Source: a virus
Lineage: Duplodnaviria > Caudoviricetes
Virus record (IMG/VR): IMGVR_UViG_3300043395_001470
Span: 1-54,313 of that record
DNA length: 54,313 bases
Direction: 5' to 3' (one strand)
The notes under the pieces were generated by a model, which worked only from the letters and a program-made list of their open reading frames with translations, ran no database searches and had not been told where the DNA came from. The position numbers were made by a program, and so were the translations under genes. The number at the start of each line of letters is the position of its first letter. Positions within the stretch are counted from its first letter, which is position 1. Below are positions 35,149 to 45,501 of the stretch, piece after piece.

Positions 35149-37727
35149 TATGGTACTAACTCAAATTCTTGTTTTGGTGGTATTTTGCCTACGCAATCAA
35201 TTACAGAAATAATTCTTTCACCTGCTTGCTGTTTTCTTTCAAGTTCTTCTGGTGTTAACCTGAGAAGTGCGAAACGAGGAGCAAGTTTAGCATTAAATCC
35301 ACTGTTACTTATTACACGAATATTTGGATAACTTGTAAATGATTTGCCAGTGTTTCTAATTATAATAGTTTTAATAGCACCATTATTGTCAACTTCTCCA
35401 ACCTCCGCATCAACTCCATTATTTGGAGGATTATACTCTACAATAGTAGGAGGAACTACTGTTTCAGGTCCACTTACCTCATCTGGAGGAATAAAAACTA
35501 CAGGATCTCCTGGAGTGTAGTTTTGTCCTGGAGTTAAAATCACAACATCTTCAAGAACAACATCAATAGGATATGATGTGTTATCCACCGGAGTTGTTGG
35601 ATCAAAAGGTGATGGAGTTGGGAACTGTGGTGGTGGTCCTGGAGGATTTGCAGAGTTATAGTCTCCACAAGCAGGAGCAGTTACAGTTTGACTTTCTGTG
35701 ACTTGAACTGCTGCAGAGTTTGGATATTTTACCCAATCTCCAGCATTGAGATTAATAGTTTCTCCCGAAAGGTATGGAAGATCATAACATCCACTGGATC
35801 TCCTCACCATTGTTTCGCAATAGTTGGCAAAGGTTCTTCCACCACCACCTTCACTTCCATCATATCCATAGAGATAATCTTTTCCAGGTTCTTCAATTAC
35901 AACAGCAACAACTCTACCATTCTTCAATCCACTTAAAGAAATACATCCTTCTTTACCACTGTCACCACCAAAAGATGGATTATTTGTAGTTGCTCCTCCG
36001 CTTCCATTTTTAACATCAGGATCATATTCAAGGATTGCTCTTCCAACTGCCCCAGAACCTTTACCACAATTATCCTTGAATTTCACAAAAGGAGGTTCTG
36101 AATAATTGCCACCTTGAGTAATGATATCAACACCAAGAATCTCACCAGTAAAACCTATAATGGCATTTCCTGTGGCACCACTTCCTTCTCCACCATAAAA
36201 CTCAACAACTGGTGGACCACAACGAAATGGACCAACATCACAAGGAGCACCTAATGGACTAACATCAAATCCATTTGTTGCAGATTCAACAGTAGTCTGA
36301 ATAGAAGTGACTGCTCCAGTAACTGCTCCAACAGCACCCTCAACCTGATCTGTAATAGTTCCAGCAAAATTTGTTACCTGATTTACAAGACCTTGAATAT
36401 CAAATGTTGCTGTCTTTTCTACACCATTCCAAGGACTCCAAGAATCAATTTCAGGACAGTTTGGTTTAGTATCACAACTCAACCAGGAAAAGATATCGGC
36501 AATAAACCCAAGAATATTTCCTGCAATATCAATAGTTGTACCAATAATACCACTGATAGCTCCAAGAATTCCAGTTACTCCAGAAAGAATATCATTAAGA
36601 ACTCCACCAAGAATAACACTTACAAACTGCTGAGCAAAACAAGCAGGAACATTAATCAGTTTGTCGAATAAAGAAAGAAGTAATTTTGATACAAGATTAA
36701 AAAGATTTCCGATAATCTTTCTAAACAAACATGCGATCAAATCATTGACATTTTCTACAGCAGTCTTTAAATTTGGTCTCTCATTTGGAAAGATTGTATA
36801 ATAAAAATCTTTCATCTTATCATTGACAACCTTAATCACATTCTTTTCAATCTCAGTAACAATCCACTGGATTCCTTGTGTGATTTTATCTGCTACAAAC
36901 TTTACCTTATCTTCAATCCATCTTTGCACATCTTCTATACTTGTAGATACTTTTGTTTTCCAATCAGATAAGGTTTTTCTTGCAGTCTCAATATCTTTTA
37001 CGAGTTCTAAGATATCAAGTTGTATTTGACCTAATGGTTGTTTCTCGCAAACAGAAGTAAGTGGAACACTGTGCTTTTTCTGTCCTTCTGTTTTTTGTTG
37101 TTCTGATGCAGCATCTGCTAAGGAATTATCTCCAACAACAGATTGATTGATTGCATTATTTACGTTACCAGTATTACCTTCACGATTTAATGGATCAGTT
37201 TCGACGACATTAGGACCACCACTTTGCTTTCCTAATGGTTTTTCCTTTTCAGTTCTTAGAGAATATTTTGCTACGGTTTCTTCAGCAAATCTGTATCCCT
37301 GGAAGGGAATGAATCCAGCATCTGGAATGTTATTGAGAACTTGAGTATACTGGTTATATCCAAGCACACCCATAATGATTGGTTGCTGTGCATCTTCTCC
37401 ATCTAAGAAGAAACCATACACAAACATACCTTGCTTAAGGTTTGGTGTTTGAGACAATCCACCAGTTCCTGCGCCAGCAGTGACTGGATACATTACGGAA
37501 GCCCAAGGAAGATCATCATCTTTAAGTTCGGAAGGAACACCTGTGTGGTATCCCATAATGCGAACCTTATAACGATACTCAAAACCCTTATGATCTTCTG
37601 TTGTTGAAGTTCTGTAACCAGGAATATTTCCACTCCACTTGGTTTCGTCAACAATCTGACCTAACCACCAAATGAAGTTATCTCTTCCTACAAAATGTCT
37701 CTTAAATAAACCTTGCTCAACTGTCAT
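35148..37727 (-). CDS. gp5: Baseplate hub/central spike protein, gp5-like (N-terminal OB-fold)
   Basis: FIWWLGQIVD...RYKVRIMGYH...DDLPWASVMYP...VYGFFLDGEDAQQPIIMG. Confidence 0.8.
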   Translation of the reverse strand: MTVEQGLFKRHFVGRDNFIWWLGQIVDETKWSGNIPGYRTSTTEDHKGFEYRYKVRIMGYHTGVPSELKDDDLPWASVMYPVTAGAGTGGLSQTPNLKQGMFVYGFFLDGEDAQQPIIMGVLGYNQYTQVLNNIPDAGFIPFQGYRFAEETVAKYSLRTEKEKPLGKQSGGPNVVETDPLNREGNTGNVNNAINQSVVGDNSLADAASEQQKTEGQKKHSVPLTSVCEKQPLGQIQLDILELVKDIETARKTLSDWKTKVSTSIEDVQRWIEDKVKFVADKITQGIQWIVTEIEKNVIKVVNDKMKDFYYTIFPNERPNLKTAVENVNDLIACLFRKIIGNLFNLVSKLLLSLFDKLINVPACFAQQFVSVILGGVLNDILSGVTGILGAISGIIGTTIDIAGNILGFIADIFSWLSCDTKPNCPEIDSWSPWNGVEKTATFDIQGLVNQVTNFAGTITDQVEGAVGAVTGAVTSIQTTVESATNGFDVSPLGAPCDVGPFRCGPPVVEFYGGEGSGATGNAIIGFTGEILGVDIITQGGNYSEPPFVKFKDNCGKGSGAVGRAILEYDPDVKNGSGGATTNNPSFGGDSGKEGCISLSGLKNGRVVAVVIEEPGKDYLYGYDGSEGGGGRTFANYCETMVRRSSGCYDLPYLSGETINLNAGDWVKYPNSAAVQVTESQTVTAPACGDYNSANPPGPPPQFPTPSPFDPTTPVDNTSYPIDVVLEDVVILTPGQNYTPGDPVVFIPPDEVSGPETVVPPTIVEYNPPNNGVDAEVGEVDNNGAIKTIIIRNTGKSFTSYPNIRVISNSGFNAKLAPRFALLRLTPEELERKQQAGERIISVIDCVGKIPPKQEFELVP

Positions 37728-37935
37728 AGACTCTACATTCTAAGGCATCAGGGTTTTCATCACAATACATTTCAAAACCAGTGGGATCGTGATCGGTATC
37801 TGGATGATTTGCTTGATACTTCTCAAGGTGTTCTACTTCATCCTCTAAATGACGACGACGTTGCCCACTGGTATTAGGATTATCGAGTTCATCCTTGTCG
37901 TCGTTGATATGTTGTTGTAGTGATTTGTCTGTCAT
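37717..37935 (-). CDS. cp12: CP12 Calvin-cycle inhibitor (auxiliary metabolic gene)
   Basis: C-terminal FEMYCDENPDALECRVYD signature. Confidence 0.9.
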   Translation of the reverse strand: MTDKSLQQHINDDKDELDNPNTSGQRRRHLEDEVEHLEKYQANHPDTDHDPTGFEMYCDENPDALECRVYDS

Positions 37936-37944
37936 TTTGGTCTC

Positions 37945-39288
37945 TTAGAAAGGTTTTCTACCAAAGCTATCTCTTACGAGAGTCATACTTGTGAAAGTAG
38001 TTCTTGGGGTAATGCGATGGCACAAACTTGCTATCATATATATACCACCACTCTTCTTGTTTACTTCAGTAGTCTTTTCTATTGTAAGTCCAGGAAAATC
38101 ACAGTGAACCAAATCACCTGCTCTTAAACTAAAGTCACCAGGAATCACTACGTTAATCTTAATCAAGAACATCTGATTATATCTCATGATAGATTGAACC
38201 ATAGTGCTGGAAGCATCATAAGTTGGACTGAATGGACTATCCTTCCAGTTGGCAAGTTGAGAATCAAGGTCTTTGCCTTTTGGCAGAGTTCCAACATCAA
38301 GAACATGATTCATTAATCTTGACACTGGTTTTCTAAACTCTTCAGACACAGATAAGATCTCATCAAGACCACCAGTTACAATACCATCTTTCTGATTATC
38401 ATCAACACTATACTCACGAACCTTGTAGTCCATTGCGAAGAAATCAAAAAAGATACTGCGGTTTGCATAAGTTCCAAGAGTAAGATTATTACTCAAGTCA
38501 ATATCTCTTTCAATATTATATGAAAGAACCTTAGCATCATATTCTTCTGGTTTTAATTCTGTATTTGTATAAACATACTTCTTTTTATATTCTTGTTTAA
38601 AAAGAGCATCAATCGATCTAAAGTTATATCCATCATAAGTTTCGTAGAACAAATATCCAGCAGCACTGTCTTTTTTTCCTGCTTCTTTAGGAACAGACTT
38701 GGATGCTAGCCAAGTACAAACATAGAATGGTTTTTTATCATTACCAATAAAGTTATAGTCAATTAAAGTATCATCTACTTTAACTTCTTTCTTAGTCAAT
38801 AACCCCTTATCCTTAAAGAGAGGTTCTGTAAGTATTGCTTTAATGTTATCCGATATGTTTCCATCATATCTTTTTACCACACGACTTTGTTCATTTGCAA
38901 AGTGTTCTCTTGGAACATAATCAATAGAGTATAAGTCCTGTTGAGTTCCAGGATCAATATCACGAACACGATTCACATATAAAGAGTTCTCATTTTGAGT
39001 TTTGAACTCAAGTTTATTTGGTGTTGGTTGTTTATCTTCAATAAGAATGTACGCTCTTTCTCCTCCACGAATAGGAAGACCATCAACAATACCATTATTA
39101 CCAACAGGACTATCAGTAAAACCAGTATCAATTACAGTAGTTGTCATTGATACTGAGTTTGATAAGATATTTTCGTAGTAGTTTAACTCAACGATACCAG
39201 GAGAAATGTCAACAGATTTACTTCCATCAGCAGACTGAAGAATAAACGCACCTATACTACCTGCATTTGTTGATTGATTATCTGCCAT
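37945..39288 (-). CDS. Baseplate hub protein (gp27-like)
   Basis: YLFYETYDGYNFRSID, PGDFSLRAGD, SGGIYMIASLCH, LVRDSFG; position upstream of gp5. Confidence 0.65.
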   Translation of the reverse strand: MADNQSTNAGSIGAFILQSADGSKSVDISPGIVELNYYENILSNSVSMTTTVIDTGFTDSPVGNNGIVDGLPIRGGERAYILIEDKQPTPNKLEFKTQNENSLYVNRVRDIDPGTQQDLYSIDYVPREHFANEQSRVVKRYDGNISDNIKAILTEPLFKDKGLLTKKEVKVDDTLIDYNFIGNDKKPFYVCTWLASKSVPKEAGKKDSAAGYLFYETYDGYNFRSIDALFKQEYKKKYVYTNTELKPEEYDAKVLSYNIERDIDLSNNLTLGTYANRSIFFDFFAMDYKVREYSVDDNQKDGIVTGGLDEILSVSEEFRKPVSRLMNHVLDVGTLPKGKDLDSQLANWKDSPFSPTYDASSTMVQSIMRYNQMFLIKINVVIPGDFSLRAGDLVHCDFPGLTIEKTTEVNKKSGGIYMIASLCHRITPRTTFTSMTLVRDSFGRKPF

Positions 39289-41054
39289 TATCCTTGTTTG
39301 TATAAGAACCCAGTAAGTTGAGCTTGATAGTAACTATTTAATAGTGCTTGTTTAGATACTCCAACAGGAAGTAATCTTGTTCCCCCACCACCCATCATCA
39401 TCGGTGAAGAACCACCACCGATAGGTATTGGAACTATTGTAGATGATGGAGTGCCACCAGGAACCTCATACTCTGCCTGCTGCATAATCTGAGGAACACT
39501 TGCCGATACTGCTGGTGCTGGTTGTGTTGGAGCAACTTGTGCCTGTGCTGGTGCTGCTGGTTGCGATGATGGTGCTGCTGCAGATGCCTGCTGTGGTGAA
39601 GGTAATGTGGGAGCAGGTGGTGCTTGAGTTTGTACTGCTGCTTGTTGTGGTGAAGGTAATGCGGGAGCAGGGGGTGCTTGTGTTTGTGCTGCTGCCTGTT
39701 CTGCTGCTTGCTGTGCTCTTTGATCTGATGTTTGTTGTCTGACTTGAGGTGAAGAAGTTTGCAACTGTGAACCATAAACAGATTTAGCAGCTCCAACTCT
39801 TTTTGCCAGGGATCCTTCTATTTCTGCAGCACTTGCTCTCTCTACCTCATAAGCAAATCCTCTAGTTTTTGACGCAACATCTGGACCATATGCCATAGCT
39901 TTTTTAAACTGAGCAGTCTCATATGAATTTCCACCTTTCAATTCCCAAACAATATAATCTAACTGAACATTCAAATCGGTAGCAGGTTTACCTTTTTGCT
40001 GAGCAAATTGAATTAATCTTGCTTTTCTTCCACCTAACCACTGCATCAATCCAAAAGCACCAGAGGTTGGATTTACTTCTCCGGTTCTAAAAGATGATTC
40101 TGCTCTAATATTTCCAGTGATAGCAGCTGCCTCTTCCTTAGTAAATCCTCTCTGAACTAATCCAGAGTAAATTCTATTTGCACTTGCAGTTTCACCTTTA
40201 CCTAAAGGAGTTTCTGGTCCAGAATATCCACCTCCTCCAGGTTGAGGTTGTGCAGACTCTCCACCACCACGAAGACTATCAATAGTCCTATTAATACCTT
40301 CAAAAAGATTTTTTAAGAAAGGAATTTTATTTTTAATCTCATCAAGATTCTTTTTGATATCTTTACTATTGAGATTTTTCTCAGGAACACCAAGTAATTT
40401 TCCAATTAACTTTGTTCCTTCTCCCGTAATCCATTTCAATCCACCCCAAACAGGACTAAAAAACTCACCAAGTTTTTTAATAAAATCTTTGATAGTTTGA
40501 AAAACATTCTTCAGAGTCTCCATAATCTGTTCAAGATTATTGAAGATCGCAAGAGCAAGAGATCCGAGTAAAACATTACCAAAGAATCTCATAATATTAA
40601 ACTTATCCTCAGGTGCCTTTATGTTTGGCATCTTAAATGGTTTTTTCTTTGCTTCCTTCTCTAACTTTTCCTCTTTTTCCTTTTTCTCATCTACTTTTGC
40701 TTGTTGTTTTTTATTAGTCTCTTCTTCTTTTTGAGTTTGATCTCTGTTACTTAATACATCAATAATACCTTGAAGAGTCTCACCAACTCTATCAAAAATA
40801 TCATCTAATCTACCAGTCTTTACATCTTTCTTAACTTCAGCAGCAGGAGGAAGTGCTTTGATTTGTGCTGGTGGAAGAAGTAAATTAGTTGATATTGTTT
40901 TCTTTTGAATCGTTGGTTGTTTTACTACAGAACCTTCATCATCAATCTTTTGAATAGAGGATGCTTTCTTCTTCTCAAAGAACTTATCCTTATCAACTTT
41001 TTTTTCTGATGGTAGTAATGCCTTTGCGGCAAATCCGACGAGTGCTGGTAACAT
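39288..41054 (-). CDS. Tail/baseplate hub protein with phage-tail lysozyme domain
   Basis: AAAITGNIRAES...GAFGLMQWLGGR...QLDYIVWEL; helical N-terminus; P/Q/A linker. Confidence 0.75.
   Translation of the reverse strand: MLPALVGFAAKALLPSEKKVDKDKFFEKKKASSIQKIDDEGSVVKQPTIQKKTISTNLLLPPAQIKALPPAAEVKKDVKTGRLDDIFDRVGETLQGIIDVLSNRDQTQKEEETNKKQQAKVDEKKEKEEKLEKEAKKKPFKMPNIKAPEDKFNIMRFFGNVLLGSLALAIFNNLEQIMETLKNVFQTIKDFIKKLGEFFSPVWGGLKWITGEGTKLIGKLLGVPEKNLNSKDIKKNLDEIKNKIPFLKNLFEGINRTIDSLRGGGESAQPQPGGGGYSGPETPLGKGETASANRIYSGLVQRGFTKEEAAAITGNIRAESSFRTGEVNPTSGAFGLMQWLGGRKARLIQFAQQKGKPATDLNVQLDYIVWELKGGNSYETAQFKKAMAYGPDVASKTRGFAYEVERASAAEIEGSLAKRVGAAKSVYGSQLQTSSPQVRQQTSDQRAQQAAEQAAAQTQAPPAPALPSPQQAAVQTQAPPAPTLPSPQQASAAAPSSQPAAPAQAQVAPTQPAPAVSASVPQIMQQAEYEVPGGTPSSTIVPIPIGGGSSPMMMGGGGTRLLPVGVSKQALLNSYYQAQLTGFLYKQG
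39586..39696. repeat. 54-bp tandem repeat x2 (AAxQTQAPPAPxLPSPQQ)
   Basis: TGTGGTGAAGGTAAT at 39592 and 39646. Confidence 0.8.
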
Positions 41055-43297
41055 TATCCTACGATGTTATAGATTGCTCTGACAACCATAGTAGTTGTGT
41101 TGTTTGGATCTTCAGAAGAGAATCTTGGAACTGGTGCTTGATTAGGTGCAGTTCCACTTGACGCCTGCTGTGCTCCACCTCCAGTTGGTATTGGTATAGG
41201 CACAATATTACCTCTACCAGTTGGTGAAGGTATTGATGGTGTAGGTGCTGGTGTTTGTGCTACTTGTGCTGCTGGAGACTGTGCTACTTGAGTTTGCGTA
41301 GTTGGATTTCCTAAAAATGCTATAGGATCTAATGTTCCCGCAAATCCAAAAGTTGTTGCTTTACCTTTTCTTATTTCATAATGAAAAACTCCAGTAGTAT
41401 TTGTTCCTTTGGTAACTGGAGTTCCTGGAGAAACTTTTTGACCTTTTCTGACTAAAATTGTATCTCCTTCGGCAATTCTTTCCGTTACCCCAAGTTCTGG
41501 ATTGTATATGTCAACATACTTATAGTATCCACCAGGATCATTTCCTATATTCGTAACTTCACCACCTATTCTACTATAAAATGAATCGTTAGGTCCTGCA
41601 TCAAAATCTACTCCCGCATGTTTTCTTCCTCCCCCTCTATCAGCACCATAGTGTTGTTTTCCCGGAAGAGTATTTGTTGGAGGTAATGATGGCAATCCTT
41701 TTTGGGATGGTGGTGTTCCAGGAACTGCTGGAGTTTGTGGTTGAATTGCTGGTTGTCCTAATCTTCCTACTGTTCCTCCTCTATCAGCAATTGCCTTTTC
41801 AAGTGCTGCCTCACCTACACCAATCTTTTCAAATTTTGCTTTGATTGCCTCTGATGCTCTATCTTTTTCTTCTTTTTTTTGTTTATATTGAGATTTAAGA
41901 TCATCATCAATTTTGTTAAATCTTTCTCTAAGTTGGTTCTTTTGCAATTGAGTTAAATTTTCATATGTTTTTGGATCTCTGGATCTATCTTTATTTTCTT
42001 TAATTTTTTTTTCAAGATCAAACATTTCATCATTCAGTTTCTTTTTATATCTCATGGTTGCCATGAGATCTTCATAAGGTTTCATTTGTTTATTGACTTC
42101 TGCTGGAGGAGCTCCAGTCTTAACCATAAAATCATATGCTTTATTTCTTAAACTTACAATATCTTCATACCTAAACTTCAATCCAGATTTTGTAACAGAT
42201 TCTCCTCCAACAAGTTGTTGAAGTGCAGGTCTAGCAACATTTTGTAATGTTGCTGCTGCTGCACCTGCTGCAAGACCAGCAAGTGCTGCAAGACCGGCAG
42301 GAGATGCTAAGAATCCAAATGCTGCAGTGAGGGCAGGAATGGCAATAGTAGAAATCGCACTGGTTAATGCTAATAAAGTTGGAGCAATAGGTAGTAAAGC
42401 AATAGCAAGTAATCCACCAAGTATTAACCCAGCATTATTTTGTAAGAAGTTAGCAAACCCATCAATTGCTTTTTGATTTGCTGGATCTTTCAACCACTTA
42501 AACAATCCAAGAACAACAGAACCCAAAAGAACATTCGTAAAGAATCTTTTAATCGCACCAAAGAAATCATCAACAGGTTTTGTAAGTGCTTTAAGTATAG
42601 GTGACTTTGGTTTCTTCTTTTCTAATGTTGATTCTCTTTCCTTCTTCTTTTTCTTTTCTGTTTCTTTTCTATCTTCTTGTGCTGCTTTCTGTTCTGTCTT
42701 ACTTTGACTTGATAACAAAGTTCTAATGGTAATCAAAGACTCTAAGATATTACCAATACCATTTAATAAGTCTTCCTGTAAATTTTCAGTATCAACTACA
42801 GGTTTTTTCTCTTGTTCGGGTGCTACCTCTGCTGCTTGTGGTATAAGTTTCTGAGCCTTTACAATCGCACCAGATGGAGTTGGTTGTTTACGATCTAATA
42901 CTTTATTAATATCAACCTTTTTAGGTTTAACCTTAAATCTACCAGTCTTATTCCTTACTCTCTTGAGTTCATTCGTAACTAACTCAATACTCTCAGTTGT
43001 CATCTGAGAGTCTGGCATTCTTCCCTTAACTGCTGCTTCTTTTAAGAGAGAAGCATATTCTTCATAAGTTAAGTCAAAGACTTCTTCCAATCCTAAGATA
43101 GAAAGAATCTGAGAGTCTATATCTTCTTCTACTAAATCTTCTGGTTTTTTTGGTATGACAGCAAGTGCGGAAGATGATTGTGGCGCATCCTCATTTTTAA
43201 TACTTTCCAACAGATCATCCAAACCAGGGATGTTATCATCATCCTCTTCTTGAATGCTCTTAAGTAGATCGTCTAAACTGGGAATGTTATCAGCCAT
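41054..43297 (-). CDS. Tape-measure/baseplate-hub-like protein with M23 peptidase domain
   Basis: YGADRGGGRKHAGVDF...G..V..GQ...TGVFHYEIR...LDP; long helical and hydrophobic middle. Confidence 0.75.
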   Translation of the reverse strand: MADNIPSLDDLLKSIQEEDDDNIPGLDDLLESIKNEDAPQSSSALAVIPKKPEDLVEEDIDSQILSILGLEEVFDLTYEEYASLLKEAAVKGRMPDSQMTTESIELVTNELKRVRNKTGRFKVKPKKVDINKVLDRKQPTPSGAIVKAQKLIPQAAEVAPEQEKKPVVDTENLQEDLLNGIGNILESLITIRTLLSSQSKTEQKAAQEDRKETEKKKKKERESTLEKKKPKSPILKALTKPVDDFFGAIKRFFTNVLLGSVVLGLFKWLKDPANQKAIDGFANFLQNNAGLILGGLLAIALLPIAPTLLALTSAISTIAIPALTAAFGFLASPAGLAALAGLAAGAAAATLQNVARPALQQLVGGESVTKSGLKFRYEDIVSLRNKAYDFMVKTGAPPAEVNKQMKPYEDLMATMRYKKKLNDEMFDLEKKIKENKDRSRDPKTYENLTQLQKNQLRERFNKIDDDLKSQYKQKKEEKDRASEAIKAKFEKIGVGEAALEKAIADRGGTVGRLGQPAIQPQTPAVPGTPPSQKGLPSLPPTNTLPGKQHYGADRGGGRKHAGVDFDAGPNDSFYSRIGGEVTNIGNDPGGYYKYVDIYNPELGVTERIAEGDTILVRKGQKVSPGTPVTKGTNTTGVFHYEIRKGKATTFGFAGTLDPIAFLGNPTTQTQVAQSPAAQVAQTPAPTPSIPSPTGRGNIVPIPIPTGGGAQQASSGTAPNQAPVPRFSSEDPNNTTTMVVRAIYNIVG

Positions 43298-43463
43298 TCT
43301 GTTGCTGTCTTAGTTTTTCATCTTCCAGATGTTGTTGTAATAAACCAATATAGACATCTCGTTCCCAAGGAATCAAGTTTTCAACCTCTGTTAATGAATA
43401 TTTATGGAACTGCATCAAGGCAAAGTTAATCTTGTAGTAGTTCTCAAGGTCCATATGGACCAT
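43290..43463 (-). CDS. Baseplate hub assembly protein, gp51-like
   Basis: Translated by hand: MDLENYYKINFALMQFHKYSLTEVENLIPWERDVYIGLL...; follows gp26. Confidence 0.7.
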   Translation of the reverse strand: MVHMDLENYYKINFALMQFHKYSLTEVENLIPWERDVYIGLLQQHLEDEKLRQQQNG

Positions 43464-43465
43464 TC

Positions 43466-44185
43466 CTATGCGAAAAAACTTGATAACCCTTCTAATACTA
43501 CAGTACTTTCTACTTTTGTCTTAGGATTTGTAAAGGTAATTTCGTGAGACAACTTAGGCATCGTCTCAAAGAACTTCTCAATTTGCTTGAACTGAATGGA
43601 GTTCATCTGCTCTAAGAAATCAACCAGTTCTTTCTTAGTTACATCAGCAGCAACCCACACTTCTTCTTGACTATAAATCTTATCCACACAAGAAGCAATC
43701 AGATCAAATGACTGATCGATACCAACATTACCAGACATATCAAAGTTGTTCTTAATGAACTGATCAAGTGATGGATACTTCATTTCCATCATCAAATTAT
43801 CATCAAGTTTAATCTTATTGGTATGATCTTCTTTCTTCTGAACTTGAATCTCATCAATATTGATCGTCACAGGCACTGATGTTTCTCCATCATCAGGTGC
43901 AATCAAATTCACTTGAATCTCTTCACCTACAGACTTACCACGAATGTTCAAGAACAGATATTCAATATCAAAGGTTGGTAATGTTTCTACCTTAATACCT
44001 TTTGTTTGAATACAATTCTTGAGTACTGCCTTAATAGCATTAGAAATTTCTTTTGCATCTTCTGTCTCAAGTGCCAAGACCAATAGTTTCTCTTCTTTAA
44101 CTAAGAATGGCCTGTACTTGATTGGTTTTCCTGTAGATGGCAACTCAAGTTCATAAGTTGGTGTCGAAATAGTTGGTAAAGGCAT
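43466..44185 (-). CDS. gp26: Baseplate hub subunit/assembly chaperone gp26-like
   Basis: MPLP...PTYELELPSTG...YRPFLVKEEK...FDIEYLFLNIRGKSVGE...FFETMPKL. Confidence 0.85.
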   Translation of the reverse strand: MPLPTISTPTYELELPSTGKPIKYRPFLVKEEKLLVLALETEDAKEISNAIKAVLKNCIQTKGIKVETLPTFDIEYLFLNIRGKSVGEEIQVNLIAPDDGETSVPVTINIDEIQVQKKEDHTNKIKLDDNLMMEMKYPSLDQFIKNNFDMSGNVGIDQSFDLIASCVDKIYSQEEVWVAADVTKKELVDFLEQMNSIQFKQIEKFFETMPKLSHEITFTNPKTKVESTVVLEGLSSFFA

Positions 44186-44215
44186 AATAACCTATAGAAG
44201 TTTCAGTGTGATTAT

Positions 44216-45022
44216 TTATTGCCCAAATGGTTGGACCACTAATGGTATTGTAGGTGAATTATTGAGTATAATATCATCAATATCACCACCACCAATAATA
44301 TTATTAGGGATAAGTTCTGCCTCTCTTTCCTGTTGAAGTCTTGCTAACTCTGCAATACCAGGAGCATTTTGATTAACTTCAACAGGAGCAACAGAGGCAC
44401 CACTTCTTTTCATCACATAACGAATGAAAGAGAATGATATATTACATTTTAAAATCTGTCCTTGATCATAAGACACAGGCATAGAAGTAATACTGATAGG
44501 GAATCCATACACAAAAGTATAGTCTAAAGTTCTTGTGGATCCATTAAAATGATGATCTCTTTCGAACTTTGTGAGATAGAAGTTCACTTTATAATCATTG
44601 GCATATGCCATTCTATGATGAACATAAGGACTTTCAAATTCAGTTCTTGTAAATGTACTGCCAACACCAGTGATATAATCAATCCAACTTTCAAAAAACT
44701 CCACAACTTTATAATCTCTATCAACATAAAAAGTCATGTCAGCAGTTTCATCATAGAGTCTACGGTAGACCATCTTCTCACTTACACCGTGATAATCATT
44801 CGTAACATCATGAGTTGCTAATGTAGAACCAGGAAGATTTGCTTCAGAACACAACAAAGAAATATTATCTACATCCAAAGGAGATACTCCTCTCTGAGAT
44901 ACAAAAGAGGAGACAGCAGCAGGAACAGGAATGGTTAAACGATATAAAGAAGTCTGAGCAAGATTAAGTAACCTTGACTTGATATCACTTGTTCTTAGTT
45001 TTTCTGGGCGGATACCTGCCAT
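44216..45022 (-). CDS. Tail tube/tube-initiator protein (gp19/gp54-like)
   Basis: LLCSEANLPG...MTFYVD...FFESWIDYI...FPISITSMPVSY. Confidence 0.7.
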   Translation of the reverse strand: MAGIRPEKLRTSDIKSRLLNLAQTSLYRLTIPVPAAVSSFVSQRGVSPLDVDNISLLCSEANLPGSTLATHDVTNDYHGVSEKMVYRRLYDETADMTFYVDRDYKVVEFFESWIDYITGVGSTFTRTEFESPYVHHRMAYANDYKVNFYLTKFERDHHFNGSTRTLDYTFVYGFPISITSMPVSYDQGQILKCNISFSFIRYVMKRSGASVAPVEVNQNAPGIAELARLQQEREAELIPNNIIGGGDIDDIILNNSPTIPLVVQPFGQ

Positions 45023-45054
45023 CTATAAATACTTTTACCGATATATTATGTATA

Positions 45055-45501
45055 ATGGCAGAAAGCATTAAGAGTCGTTATAAACCTGAGTATCCAAAAA
45101 AGTATAAAGGTGATCCAAATAATATTATCTGTCGCAGTAGTTGGGAAAGAAAATTTTGTCGGTGGTGTGATTTAAATGAGAGTGTCTTGGAATGGGGATC
45201 TGAAGAGTTCTTTGTAAAATATTTTGATCCAGTTACAAACAGAGTTAGAAAATATTTCCCAGACTTTATCATAAAAGTTCGGGAACAGTCTGGTGAGATT
45301 AAAAAGTATGTGATTGAGATTAAACCGAAAAGACAAACGATGCCTCCTGTTCAAACAAGTAAAAAAAGAACAAGAACTTTTATTAATGAAGTAAAAACTT
45401 ATGCAACTAATGAAGCAAAATGGAAGGCTGCCAAGGAGTTTTGTGCTGATAGAATGCTTGAGTTTCGTATCATCACAGAAAACGAGTTAGGTATCGGTTA
45501 A
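45055..45501 (+). CDS. gp4: Head completion nuclease gp4
   Basis: YKPEYPKKYKGD...RSSWE...WGSEE...YFPDF...IEIKP...NEAKW; TATAAATA at 45024-45031. Confidence 0.88.
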   Translation: MAESIKSRYKPEYPKKYKGDPNNIICRSSWERKFCRWCDLNESVLEWGSEEFFVKYFDPVTNRVRKYFPDFIIKVREQSGEIKKYVIEIKPKRQTMPPVQTSKKRTRTFINEVKTYATNEAKWKAAKEFCADRMLEFRIITENELGIG

